Of a stretch of DNA of 64,000 nucleotides, positions 11,416 through 22,800 are shown one piece after another. The position numbers and the translations under genes were made by a program. Position 1 is the first letter of the stretch. Each line of letters opens with the position of its first letter. The notes below the pieces were generated by a model, which did not search any database, was not told where the DNA came from, and was given only the letters and a program-made list of their open reading frames with translations. This DNA comes from Protoeuglena noctilucae (Eukaryota), in contig OY253679.1 of NCBI GenBank assembly GCA_958009085.1, forward strand, positions 124,001 through 188,000, in the 5' to 3' direction.

Positions 11416-12572
11416 ATGGCCCTCCTTCGCGCGATGCGGGCGGTCGCCCTGGCCCTGGCCCTCGTGGTCGCGGCGGCGTCGGCGACGCGCGGTGAGGCCT
11501 GAGGGGGCGGGAGCGGGGCGACCGTCGACGATGCGGGCGCTGCGGGTCGCGCGGGGCCCGGCCACGCCCCCCACCGCCCGCGCGGGCCCTCGCGAGTGCG
11601 ACCCGTCGGGCCGGCCCCCGCGCGCGGGGAGACGTCGGGAGGGGGGACTGAGCAGCGCAGCGAGCGGCGTCGGGCGATGACCACCCGCCACCCGCTCCTC
11701 GCCCGCAGCCGCGCTCCCCGACATCGACATCGACGCGCCCAGCCGCACCCTGCTGCAGACCGGGCAGACCAAGTGAGCGCGGCGCGGGGCGGGGCGGGGA
11801 TGCGCGGGGTGCGATGGACGCGGCGCTCATGCATCGGGCAGCGCGGGCGGGCAGCGCGGCGACTCAGGCTGTGCGGCGAGTGCGTGTGTGGCATGTCGCA
11901 CGCTTTTGCCGCGGCCTTGCAAGTCGGTCCATGCTCCTCGGCGCCCGCAGCGCCCAGGCCGGCGGCGGCGGCGGCGCGGGCCGCGGCAACAACCTCATCA
12001 ACCAGGCCCTCGGCGGTGGTGGGGGCTTCGGCGGGGGCAACGTCGGGCAGATCAAGTGAGGCGACATGGCACGGACTGCCGCACTTGCTCACAGCCTCCC
12101 GGGCGCTCCCTCATGCTGCCATGTGCCCTCACCTGCAGCGCGCTCGCGGGCGGCGCTGGCCGCGGCAACAACCTCATCAACCAGGCTGTCGGCGGCAACG
12201 GCGGTTACTACGGCGGTGGTGGCTACGGCGGCCTCGGCGGGGGCAACGTCGGGCAGGTCAAGTGAGGCTGGCTGCAGAGCATGCGGGCATGGGCGGGCCT
12301 CGTCGCAAGCCGCAACTCGTAATCATTGCCGCTGTTACATGCCCCTCTCAAAGTGTCTTCACCCGCACCCCGCTTCTCTCGACACCCGCAGCGCCCAGGC
12401 TGGCGGCGCTGGTGGCGCTGGTGGCGCTGGCGGCAACAACCTCATCAACCAGGCCGTCATCCCTTCCACGTACTACGTCCCCACGGGCAGCACGGCCATC
12501 AACAGCGGCGTGGCGGGCAGCGGGTACCCCGGGTACGGGTACAAGTGCCACCCCTGGCTGGGGTGCTACTGA
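11416..12572 (+). CDS. Secreted Gly/Asn-rich repeat protein, copy 2 (3 repeats, about 182 aa)
   Basis: Near-identical to copy 1 including introns, but lacks 224 bp equivalent to 5805-6028, giving a hybrid repeat exon in frame. Same CHPWLGCY* tail. Confidence 0.88.
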
Positions 12573-12921
12573 GAGGTGCCTTGGTCGCACCGGACGACGA
12601 GCGAGCACGCCTGCTTAGGCTTCCTAAGCGCTCCACAGCCTAGAGCCTGTCTGCGTCCTAGTAGCTATCCCGTAGACGCCATGCCATGCGCTTGACGATG
12701 TACATAGCAGTCTTTCACAGTCGCCTCCATGCTGGCAGCCAGCGCCAGTCACTGGCAAGCTGCCCTTCAGCGCATTGGCCGATGCAGACACCTGGACACC
12801 TGCAGCCCTCAATTTGTGCTTCTCTCGACCCTCTCGGGTGCGCTGAGACTAGCTGTCGCTCGCTGCCGTGTTGCACCAACCCTTAAGACTCTTTCTCTGC
12901 GGACTCGTCAAGCAAAGCCCC

Positions 12922-14496
12922 ATGTCTTGCATGTCATGTCATCGGCCGAGCCTTCAGCTACGGCTAGGGAGGCCCGTGGCCCGCCCTCTTGCCTTCGTCC
13001 CTCATCGACATTTGGTTGCTGTGCGAGCCGTGAGGGATGCGGATATCGTCGATCCCCGGGGCCCATATAAGTTCCCCGCATGGGTGACGGATGCAATTTT
13101 GGAGGTACAAGAGCCCGCTGCACTGGAGATGGCGCAGCGCTTGCGCCGCGCCCCAGTGGAGGTGCCGGGAGTTGGCACGATCCTCACCGCGTGCGCCGGC
13201 CCGGAGCCGGAGGCCGCCGTCGGGGGTCCGACGATCGTGATGTTGCACGGCTTCGACAGTAGCTGCCTCGAGTTCCGGCGCTTCTTGCCGCTGCTCGACG
13301 GGAAGGCGCGAGCCTGGGCCGTGGACCTTGTGGTGAGTAATGCGCGGGCGATGAGGACGCGCTGGGTCTGCGGACGACTTGAACGCTTTTCCACGGTAAT
13401 AATCCATCCATCGCGCCTACACTCAACCCTCCTGCGCGCCCCTCTGCCTCCAGGGCTGGGGATTCACAGACAACTTGCACGGGGGAGGCAAGAGCGTTGC
13501 CATCACGCCCGAAACCAAGCGCAGCCATCTCAGGTGCGATGATACGCAGCTATCGACCAGCTGGCTGCTCCCCCTCGCCGCGCATACACGCGCACACCGC
13601 CCTTTCTGTGCGAGGGGCGTGCACCACCCTTCTCGCTCACGCCGTGCTCGTCGCAGGGCATTCCAGGACCAGGTGCTGGGCGAGGAGAAGATGGTCCTCG
13701 TGGGCGCATCGCTGGGCGGTGCGGCGGCCATCGACTTCGCTTTCCACCACCCCGAGCGCGTGGAGCGGGTAAGTGCCACGGCTGTTCCAAGGCCTATTAT
13801 AGCTAACGAGCAGGCTTTGTTCAACCGTCAAGAGAGTAGAGCAGAGCAGAGTAGAGTACAACGTAACCTCTTCGGGAACGCACAGCCGAGCAACACACGC
13901 ACGTCGATCTCAGCTTGTCTCGCCCCCCGCACCCGCAGCTCGTGCTGGTGGACGCCCAGGGCTTCATCGATGGCATTGGTCCCATGGCATCGATGCCCGA
14001 CTGGGCCGCGCGCGCGGGCATCCAGGTCCTCCGGTCCTGGCCCCTGCGCGCCATGGCCAACAACATGTCATACCACAACCCCGCGCTCGCCACATCGGAC
14101 GCCGTCGGTGGGTGCAAGGCGGGCCATGCCAGCACCACCACAGCTGCCCCTGTCGCTCCGCATCTCCCGCGCCCTTCTTCCCCCGCAGCCGTCGGGCGCG
14201 TGCACACCTATGCGGACGGCTGGGCCGACGCCAATCTGTCGTGGATGCGGAGTGGGGGTTACGCGGTGAGCGCCCTCGTCCCCCAGCTGACGATGCCCGT
14301 GATGGTCGTCTGGGGCCGCGAGGACCGGGTCCTGGAGCCCAGCAACGCGGAGAAGTTCAGAGCGGCGCTGCCGGCGGCGCGCGTGGAGGTAGTGGCCGAG
14401 TGCGGCCACGTCCCCCACCTGGAGCAGCCGGGGAGGCTAAGGGACCTCGTGATGGACTTCGCTGCGAACGTAGCGGAAACGACCGTGAACGCGTGA
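12922..14496 (+). CDS. Alpha/beta hydrolase fold protein, probably plastid-targeted
   Basis: IVMLHGFDSSCLEFRR, VDLV|GWGFT, nucleophile elbow VGASLGG, VVWGREDRVL and ECGHVPHLEQP. Arg/Ser-rich N-terminus; five exons. Confidence 0.92.
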
Positions 14497-14689
14497 ACAC
14501 CGTGAACATGCCGACCGCATACTATGCAGCTGCCCGACTGGGGTCGACTGTTGACGCATGAAGCTGCCCGACTGCCAGCACCAGCACCTGCCCGACTGCC
14601 GTACTGTCGGCACCCGTAACCTCTCCAATACGCCTCTGCATCACCCGTGACCACCCCGTCGCCACCCCACCATACCACACCACAGCGCG

Positions 14690-16090
14690 TCACCCGCGCC
14701 CGCCCCGCCTGGTCAACCCTGCACTCTCCGGCGCCAGCTTCAGCGCCGCGAGGACCATCTCCCCCAGCCCAGCCGCCCCGCACGCCTCCGCGAGCGCGCC
14801 CATGCCCCCCTCCGCCAGCTCCTCGAATGCGATGGGCAGACATCGCATCGCCTCTCTCGCATCAACAGACGCTGCGGTGTGCAACTCCTCCACTCGCACC
14901 TGCATGGCCTGCCAGGGCAGCGCCCGCACCCTTGCCACGAACTCTCGGCAGTCGCCCTCGTCCCCCTCCACCACGATAATGCCGGGGAAGCCGGGCTTGC
15001 AGAAGCCCCCCAGCCGCAGCTCCCGCGCCCACGCCACGATGTGGCGGCGCTTGCCGGGGTTCTGCGGGGCGTCGTGAGGCAGGGGAGAGGTGACTGTAGA
15101 TTGCGTGTTGATGACTCGCAATCGATGCAGTCATACACGCACTGGGTGCGCTGTCATTGCATCCATGCATGCACCGGGCTCGCACAGAGACTCTTTGCCA
15201 CGGCGTGGCGCCCCGCCCGAAGCATCCAGCCCCACCGCACATAGTAAGCATAAGCTGTCCCTTACCCGCATGGCCCAACTACAGAGTCCAAGTACTTGCT
15301 ATCTGACATCCAACGACGCTCATCGACCGACCCTTCACCTTGATGTGATGGAACCAGATGAGCCGCCTCCCCAGCGCCCAGTCAGCGCCATTGCGGCACT
15401 CTTCTTCCCGCACACGCTCCCCGTCAACCACCTCCCTGCCCCCACCCTCGCCCGCTAACTTGTCCAGCTCCTCCCCTCGCCTCGCCACCTCCTCCCCCAC
15501 CTCCTCCACCAACCCAAGCAAGCACCCCGCCCCAGGGACCCAGCAGCGCGACAGGGCGCATCCCGCTGCGTCTGCCAGTGCTTCTGCCAAATCGCGACCG
15601 GCCCCCTCAACACGCAGGCGCGTTGATGGGGGGGACGTGGCAGGGTAGTCAGGAGGCAGGGACAGCCGGAGAGTGACAGGGCGGCCGCCCACCTGCGGGT
15701 ATAACGACGCTCGGAGGAGAGCGTCGCAGATCAGATGTCAAGGGTGGTGGCGGCGCGTTGCTTGCACCTGCAATTGGCTGAGGGGGCGCTTGCCTGGGCG
15801 GAGGGCAGCTGAAGGGCGCATGACAGGGCCGGGTGCTGCCACCCTGCGCCGTTCCCACCACCGCATATACTTCGTGCGTCCTCAATTGCTGCGACCTCAT
15901 CGGGCTCCAAAATGACTGCGGGAAGGACGCATGGTAATGTAATGGACCGCATGGGCTAAAACAGCGCGTCCAGGCTGCCAGGCGGGCCTCGCGCACCTTC
16001 ATCGGGATACATGCATTGCAGAGCCTCGATCTCCTCGATCTGAGCCTTCAGCGATTCCAGGTTTGCGTCCGCGCACGCCTCGGCGCTCAT
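14690..16090 (-). CDS. RWD-domain protein, RWDD2 family
   Basis: MSAEAC...QIEEIEALQCMYP, LSLPPDYP (RWD motif), RRLIWFHHIK|NPGKRRHIVAWARELRLGGFCKPGFPGIIVVEG...FVARVRALPWQ. The frame requires a GC donor at 15793. Confidence 0.88.
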
Positions 16091-16994
16091 GATGGGGCGG
16101 GCGCCATGTCCAGCTAAGAGCTAGAGGCTCTTGCGAGTGTCCAAAGCATAGCAAAAGGGAGCCGTAACAACTGGGCACGCTGCGGCTTCCAGGCGGGGCT
16201 TGTTCACCGCGCGGTCGAGTGCCCGCTGCCAGTGCCAGATGTTTGCCATCCTCGGATGACATCGCCGTCCTCGGGGCCTCTCTGCGCGTTCAGTGTTCAT
16301 TCGGCTGCGAGCCCGGCCGGGATAACTCGTCATCGGTCGCATGGATCCGCGGAATCGGCACACAGATCCCTCGGCAATTCACGCCCGCTTGCACGCGCCG
16401 GGAAGCCGCAGGCAGCGGCTAGGCACTACGCACAGATTCTTTGTGACGCACGGGTCCGCCCCAGGTGCGCTGCCTTCCGCGGGATGCGGCCGGGGCGTGC
16501 CCATCGCACGGCAGAGTTTAAAGTTGGTGCCTTTCCCGTCGCCGCGCAATTGACCGAGTCGCTGGCGTTGCAGCCATGAGAGAGAAGTGCTCGTTTCCCT
16601 GCACGTGCTTCCCGTCGTCCGGGGCCCTCTCCTGCGGCGGAGCAGGGCACCGATGCTGGGGCATGGCTGGGCTGGGCCCAGCACCGGCTCCGCGGAGCCA
16701 GTTTTCCTTCGATGAGCCCCTTACAATCGACAGTTCCCGTTACGCAGCGTCGCGCGCCCGCTCCGCACCTCGCCCCGTCGCACCAGGCACCCGCAGGACC
16801 AGGGATACCCCTCCCGCGCTGTCCGCGCGCGTCCGTGCCATGATATGAATATCTGAGCAATACAAGAAGGTGAATTAGTTTCAGAACGCACCCATGTGGA
16901 TGCACGCCGCGCCCGCCGCGATGCATGGGCGTCTCACAACGCCCACGTCGACGCTCTCGTCTCGCTCGCTCCGCCCACAGTGCTGTGCGTTGCA

Positions 16995-19393
16995 ATGGAC
17001 GGCACTGGCACCCCGCCCCGTCCGCCGGGCAGCGTACCCTCGACGCCCACCCGGGCCTCGCAGCGATCGCAGGCTTCGGCCCAGCCCTCCACGCCGCCCC
17101 GCAAATGGACACCCCGCCGACCCCCCACCCCCGCCAAGACACCAAGGGGCGCCGCGAGTCCACTTATTGAGAACTGCGACGCACCCGGCGACGTGGAGAC
17201 CGCTCCCCTCCCCGCACCGTCCCCCTCGCACCCCGCCACTGCCTCGGCTGTGGCGGTGGGTGCGTTGGGTCATACCCTGGGTGTGGGTCATACCCTGCTG
17301 TGCGAGGTCACTCCCGCCAAGGAGGGACCACGCAGCCCGGCGCTGGCGTTGCCGGTGCTGGAAACCGGTGCGGGGGAGTGGGGCTGGGGTGTGGGAGAGG
17401 GAGAGGGCCTGGGTTTGGAATGGGGGACAAGAATGGGGATTGCGTCAGTGATGGGAGGAGTGGGAGACGAGGGGATGGGAGCGGTTGAGCGGGTGGCAGA
17501 GGGCAGGGGATGGGGCAGTGCAGCGGGGGAGGTGGGAGTGAGTGCATCACGAGTGACGCCTCACAACACGCCACAGCGAGGGGCGATGATGAGGGGGGTG
17601 AGCACAATGCCCGTTAACACCCCAGATCGGGGCGTGGGTGTGAGTGGTGTGCCTGTAGAGGTAAGCACGCCACCTCCTGCCACACCTGAGCGGGGCGTGG
17701 GGGCAGGGGCAAGCACCCCACCCGCTGGCACTCCACAGCGGGGCGTGGGTGTATTGGCAGGTGTGACTACTCCACCTCTCCGCACTCCACAGCGGGGTGC
17801 GAGGGGAAGCGAGAGCACGCCGCCTGTCGGGACGCCTGAGCGGGGCATGGGTGGTGGCGCTGCGGGGTGGGTGGACGCTGGGCAAGGGAGGGGGGGGTTG
17901 GCAGAGGGGGCGACGATGGGGGTGGCGTTCGCTGGGACAGTGGGGGGGCATGGAGGGGTGTCGATGGGGGTGGGGTTAGAAGACGGGGTGGTTGCAATGC
18001 CTGGAGAGGGGTCGCTGGCGAGGGCGGGAGTGGGAGAGGGTGGCGTGGGGGTATTGCCAAAGCATGAAACAGAGGGCATGACAGACAGTGGGGCTGGTGC
18101 GGCAGCGGCGAGCGAGGGTGGGGCGGTAGTTGGGGTTGAGGGCGGGACGCCAGCAAAAACAGAGGGTGGTGTTGTGGCTGAGGATCCGAGAGGGGCGCAG
18201 CTGGGCACAGAAAGTGGGAATGTGGCAGGGGCAGCGGGTGGGTCACAATCGGGGACAGAGGGTGCACGCGAGAGCGGCCGCACACGCCGCCCCCCCGCCC
18301 GCCTGCGCGATATGCTGACAGAGGGGGCGGACGGGGTTTCTGGCAAGAGCGGCGCGCGTGGCAAGCGTGGTTTGGCGAAGGAGTTGCAGGGCCTGGCTCC
18401 CTTTGCCTGGGACTCCCGAAGGTCCCTGCACCCGGTGGGGGCGGCCATGCAGCAGCAGTTCGGGGAAGTGAAGGTGAGGGGGGGTGGGTGTATGGGGTGT
18501 GTGTGAGTGCATGGGTGGGGGCGGCCATGCAGCAGCAGTTCGAGGAAGTGAAGGTGAGGGGGTGGGTGGGTGGCATGTGTAACAGCATGAGTGGAAGAGC
18601 GTCACCGGTGCATGTTGGTATCTCTCTGTTCCTATGCCTCCCATCTCCCATCACCACAACCTCTCGCTCACCCCACCCCACCCCACCCCACATTACCCCC
18701 CCAGGTGACCCTCAAGTCCCTCATCGACGCCGGCGCGATCGTCCCCGGCCCCCGCGCCCTCACCGTCCCCTTCCGCGGCCACGTCATGCACGGCGACCTG
18801 ACAGCCCAGGGAACCGTGCTCTTTCATGGGAAGGAGTTCGCCACCCCCTCCGCCTTCAGCCTCGCCGCGAAACGGGTTCTGACGCCCGAGCGCCAGGCGG
18901 ACGACGGGTGGCGGGCGGTGCACTTCAGGGGGGAGGCGTTGGAGGGGATTCGGCGAAGGCTGGACTTGGATGGGGGCGCGGGGGGGAGGGGCAGGCGGCG
19001 CGGGGTGAAGGGGGAGGGGGGGGAGGAGCAGGTAAGGGGTGGTGGTGGTTGGGGGTGGTGGGGTGCGTGAAGGGGGGGGGGGGGTGATTAGGGGGGTGAG
19101 AGACGGGCGGGCTACGGTTGCTTATGGATGTTACTCAGCCATCGAATCGCAAGAGAGTCCCTGCCCCCGACATACGTGACACATGACACCCCACACACTC
19201 ACTCACCCCCTCCCATCGCCCTTCCCTTCCCCTCTCTTCGCAGTCGCGTGACGCCGCGGATCGCAAGCGGCCAAGAGAGGCAGGCGGGGCAGCGGGGGCG
19301 GAAGTTGGGGTGGCAGAGGGGGGCATAGCGGGCAGCGTGACGGTGGGGGGTGTTGGTAAAGCACAAGCGGTGGGGGGCGGGCAAGAGGCTTAA
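16995..19393 (+). CDS. RAMA-domain protein (MPND N-terminal type) with TPxR-repeat disordered N-terminus
   Basis: Exon 18705-19031 encodes VTLKSLIDAGAIVPGPRALTVPFRGHVMHGDLTAQGTVLFHGKEFATPSAFSLAAKRVLTPERQADDGWRAVHFRGEAL, resembling the MPND RAMA domain. Start and end uncertain: first stop is TAA 19391-19393, close to the gap. Confidence 0.72.
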
Positions 19394-19516
19394 AAGCAGC
19401 GCAAAGGCTGCGGGGACGGGGGCGGCTGCGGAGAGAGCGGCGAAAGGAGCGGGGGCGCGGGTCAAGGGCGCCAAAGTGGGCGGCAATGGCAGCGGTGCGT
19501 GGGTGGGGAGGGCATT

Positions 19517-19716
19517 NNNNNNNNNNNNNNNNNNNNNNNNNNNNNNNNNNNNNNNNNNNNNNNNNNNNNNNNNNNNNNNNNNNNNNNNNNNNNNNNNNNN
19601 NNNNNNNNNNNNNNNNNNNNNNNNNNNNNNNNNNNNNNNNNNNNNNNNNNNNNNNNNNNNNNNNNNNNNNNNNNNNNNNNNNNNNNNNNNNNNNNNNNNN
19701 NNNNNNNNNNNNNNNN
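19517..19716. other. Assembly gap (200 N)
   Basis: Run of exactly 200 N between G-rich low-complexity flanks. Confidence 0.99.
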
Positions 19717-19899
19717 TGTGGGGGTCGGGGGGTCCCTGGCTGAGGCGTGAGGCGCGGGCGCGGCCGGTGGGGCTGGGGGGGATGGGGGGGAGGGGGGGGC
19801 GGTTGAGAGAGGGGTGAGAGAGGGGGGTTGTGGGATGAGAGAGGGGTCCAAGAGTCTAAGTCTAATCAGAGTAACTTTACCCATTAAGAGTGACAATAT

Positions 19900-22800
19900 T
19901 GACACTGAATATGACTCATCCCATCCACGCAATCTCACCCGATGGACCCGTCGGACCTCTCCCTCTCCGCCAGCCCCAGCAGTGCTGAGAGGGGGGGGGC
20001 GGGGCGGCTGCCCCTGGTCGCGGAGTGGGCGGAGTGGGAGGCGTGGGGGTGGGGATGAGGGTGGGGGTGGCTGGCAGCGAGCGATGCCTGCAATGGCGGG
20101 GGATGGGTGGGTTGAATGGCCGGAGTGGGAAGCATGAGTGTTGGGATGAGAGTGACTGGCGGCGATGGATGCCTGCGATGGGAGGGAAGGGGGTGGGTTG
20201 AATGGGTGGGGTGTGATGAGGGGTGTGGAGTGGGGGGCGTGGGTATGTGCGTGGGGGTGAGCACCAGTGCATTCCCAATCACACATCAGAGCAGCCACAC
20301 TCCCACGTCATCAGTTCATTCCCAATCACACACCCAACACAGAACTTCTCCCCACCCCCCTCTCGCCTGTGACACCCCACCTCCCCCTCCCCCTCCCCCC
20401 CCCGGCCCGCGCCTCTTGCCCCGCTCGCCCCCGTGGCCCACCATGTCGGCAGGCAGGGGGCGGGAGGAGCCCTGTTAAATGGAAAGAGAAGAGGGATTGA
20501 GAGTTGAGTGATTGATATAACGAGAGAGGAACCCTCAATGAGATTTGAGTGAGTTTGATGAAGAGGGCATGGGCAGAGATAACGATCGCGATCAAATGAG
20601 AGTGATAAGGGAAAGCACACAGAAAGAATATCAAAAGCAATAACAGAATAGCAATGCGCATCATTCCTCTTCCTATCGCCCCCATCACCGCATCCCACCC
20701 CTCACCTGCAGCGCCACCCCCCCCGCCCCCGCCGCCACCCTCAGCTGCCCATCGCTGCGCCTCCGCAGACCCATCAGCCCGCCCCCCCCCGCTCGCCCCT
20801 CATTGCCCGGCGCGGGCAGGTGCGGCAGCGAAGCGGCAGACCCCGCATTTGACACCCTGCCCGCCCTCTGCCCCCCACCCGCACCCTCGCCCGCTCTACT
20901 GTGATGAGAAGCGGCATGCCCCCATCCCGCGGCGTCCCACTCCCGCGGGTGCGTATGCGATATGGATGGCATGGACTGCATGTGGATGTGTTGTTCGGGC
21001 ATGCTAGGGGCGCGTGCCGACGCGGGGAGGGGCGGGGAGCGGGGGGCGGAGGAGAGGGATGCGGGGGTGTGGGTGCGGATGAGGGATTCGAGGGAATGGA
21101 TGCGGTGGAGGGTGGAGTGGAGGGGGGCTGCGGGGGTGGGGTAAGTGTGGTGGTGGGTGATAGGTGGGGGTGGGGGTGAGTGTAGGGGTGGGGGTGCATG
21201 TGCAGGGGTGCGTGTGGGGTTAGAGGGGGTGGGGATGCGTAGGAAGGAGTGGATGAGTTGCCCTGTGCACAGCTGCTCTCAAGTGCTGCGCTATGCACAA
21301 CACCCAACAATCGCTGCCATACACCATACCTTCCCGCCCATCGCTGCGTTTCTGCATCCCCACCCCCACTCGCCTTGCGCGGCCCTGCCAGGTGATGCTT
21401 CTGCGCTGCTGGGCCCGCTTCCCCTGTCGTGCGCCCACGCCGCCCCCGGGCGGGAGGGGCGCGACGACGATTGGCCCGACACGCCCGGCGCATCGGCGGG
21501 GGCGGCCCTGAGGGGGGGTGGGAAGGGGTGGGAGATGAGGGGCTGTTGAGCGTGTGTGGGGATGTGGAGTGGCGGTGGTAGTGCACCCAGCATCTCATAC
21601 TACCTTCACCGCTCCTGTCACACTTATCCACTCTACACCCCTTCCCCTCACCACCACCACTCCACACCCCATCCCCTCACCTCCTTCCCCCCGGCACCAT
21701 ATCCCGCATTCCTCACCACACCACCACCACTCACACCACCACTCCCAACTAGTCCCACCGTGCTTGCCCCATTCACATCACCCCTCTTCTCACCTCCTCC
21801 CCCCCGGCACCATGTCCTGCGCCCTCAGCCGCATGCGTGCGAGCACGTCATCTGGCAGAGAGGCGCTTTTAGCAGGGACGGCGCGGGCAGCGGGCGACAA
21901 TGGCGGTCGGGGCACGAACAGCGCGGGGCTGGTGGGGGAGAGGGGGGCGTTGGCGACCGATGAGATGCTGACCGCCAAGTGGCGCAGGGACTGGGGGGAG
22001 GGGGAGTTGGTTTGTTTTTTGAATGAGGGTGGTGGTTGGAATGAGAGTGGTGGTTTGGATGAGAATGGCGAGTGGGGATATGCCAGACCTGCACTGCACT
22101 GCAATCCACCACATCACCCTTCACACATCCCCATTCCCTTCTCACCTTGCTCGCGGCCAGCACTGCTGTCCTCACATCATCTCATCCTCACATCAACCCC
22201 CATCATCTCTCAATCTAAATCACCATAAATCACCACCATATATAACTAAATTAGCCAATGCCCATTCACCTTGCTCGCCGCCAGCACCCCCCGTGGCGAC
22301 ACGGCCCCCCCGGCCCCGTCCGCCCCCGCGCCCCCCACCGCCAGCCCCAGCGCCAGATCCGCACGCGACCCCGTGCCGCCCCTCATCGCGTGCAATCGCG
22401 CGAGGGTGGTCACACCAGAAGGGTTTTCGTCGGACAGGCGGCGGCTGAGGCTGCTGGAGCGGGGGGGGCGGTCGGGGGCGGCGCGGGAAGCAGTGGCGGT
22501 GGCCTGGGGGTGGAGAGGGTGGGGGTATGGGTTAGGGTGAGGAGTTGGAATGGCGAGGAGTTGGGATAATACCACCCAGCTTTGCCCACACTAGTCAACC
22601 CACAACGAACACTCACACAAACCAATCACCAACTCACACTCGCATACACCAACCCCACTCTAAGCCACCCCACACCCCACCCCCCCCCCAACCCCACGCA
22701 CCTCCTCCTCCCCCATCACCGCCCTCCGCGAGTCGCCCCCCGTGGCTCCCGCCACCTCCACCGAACTGCTCTGGTCCGAAGCCGCCCCCGCACGCATCCC

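Noticed and set aside
11213..12757. Triplicated block as a transposon
   Set aside because: No terminal inverted repeats, target-site duplication, poly(A) tail or transposase seen. Introns are retained and the edges fade rather than end sharply.
16200..16900. Separate gene between the RWDD2-like and RAMA genes
   Set aside because: Splice-like signals exist but I found no coherent reading frame; likely promoter and 5' UTR.
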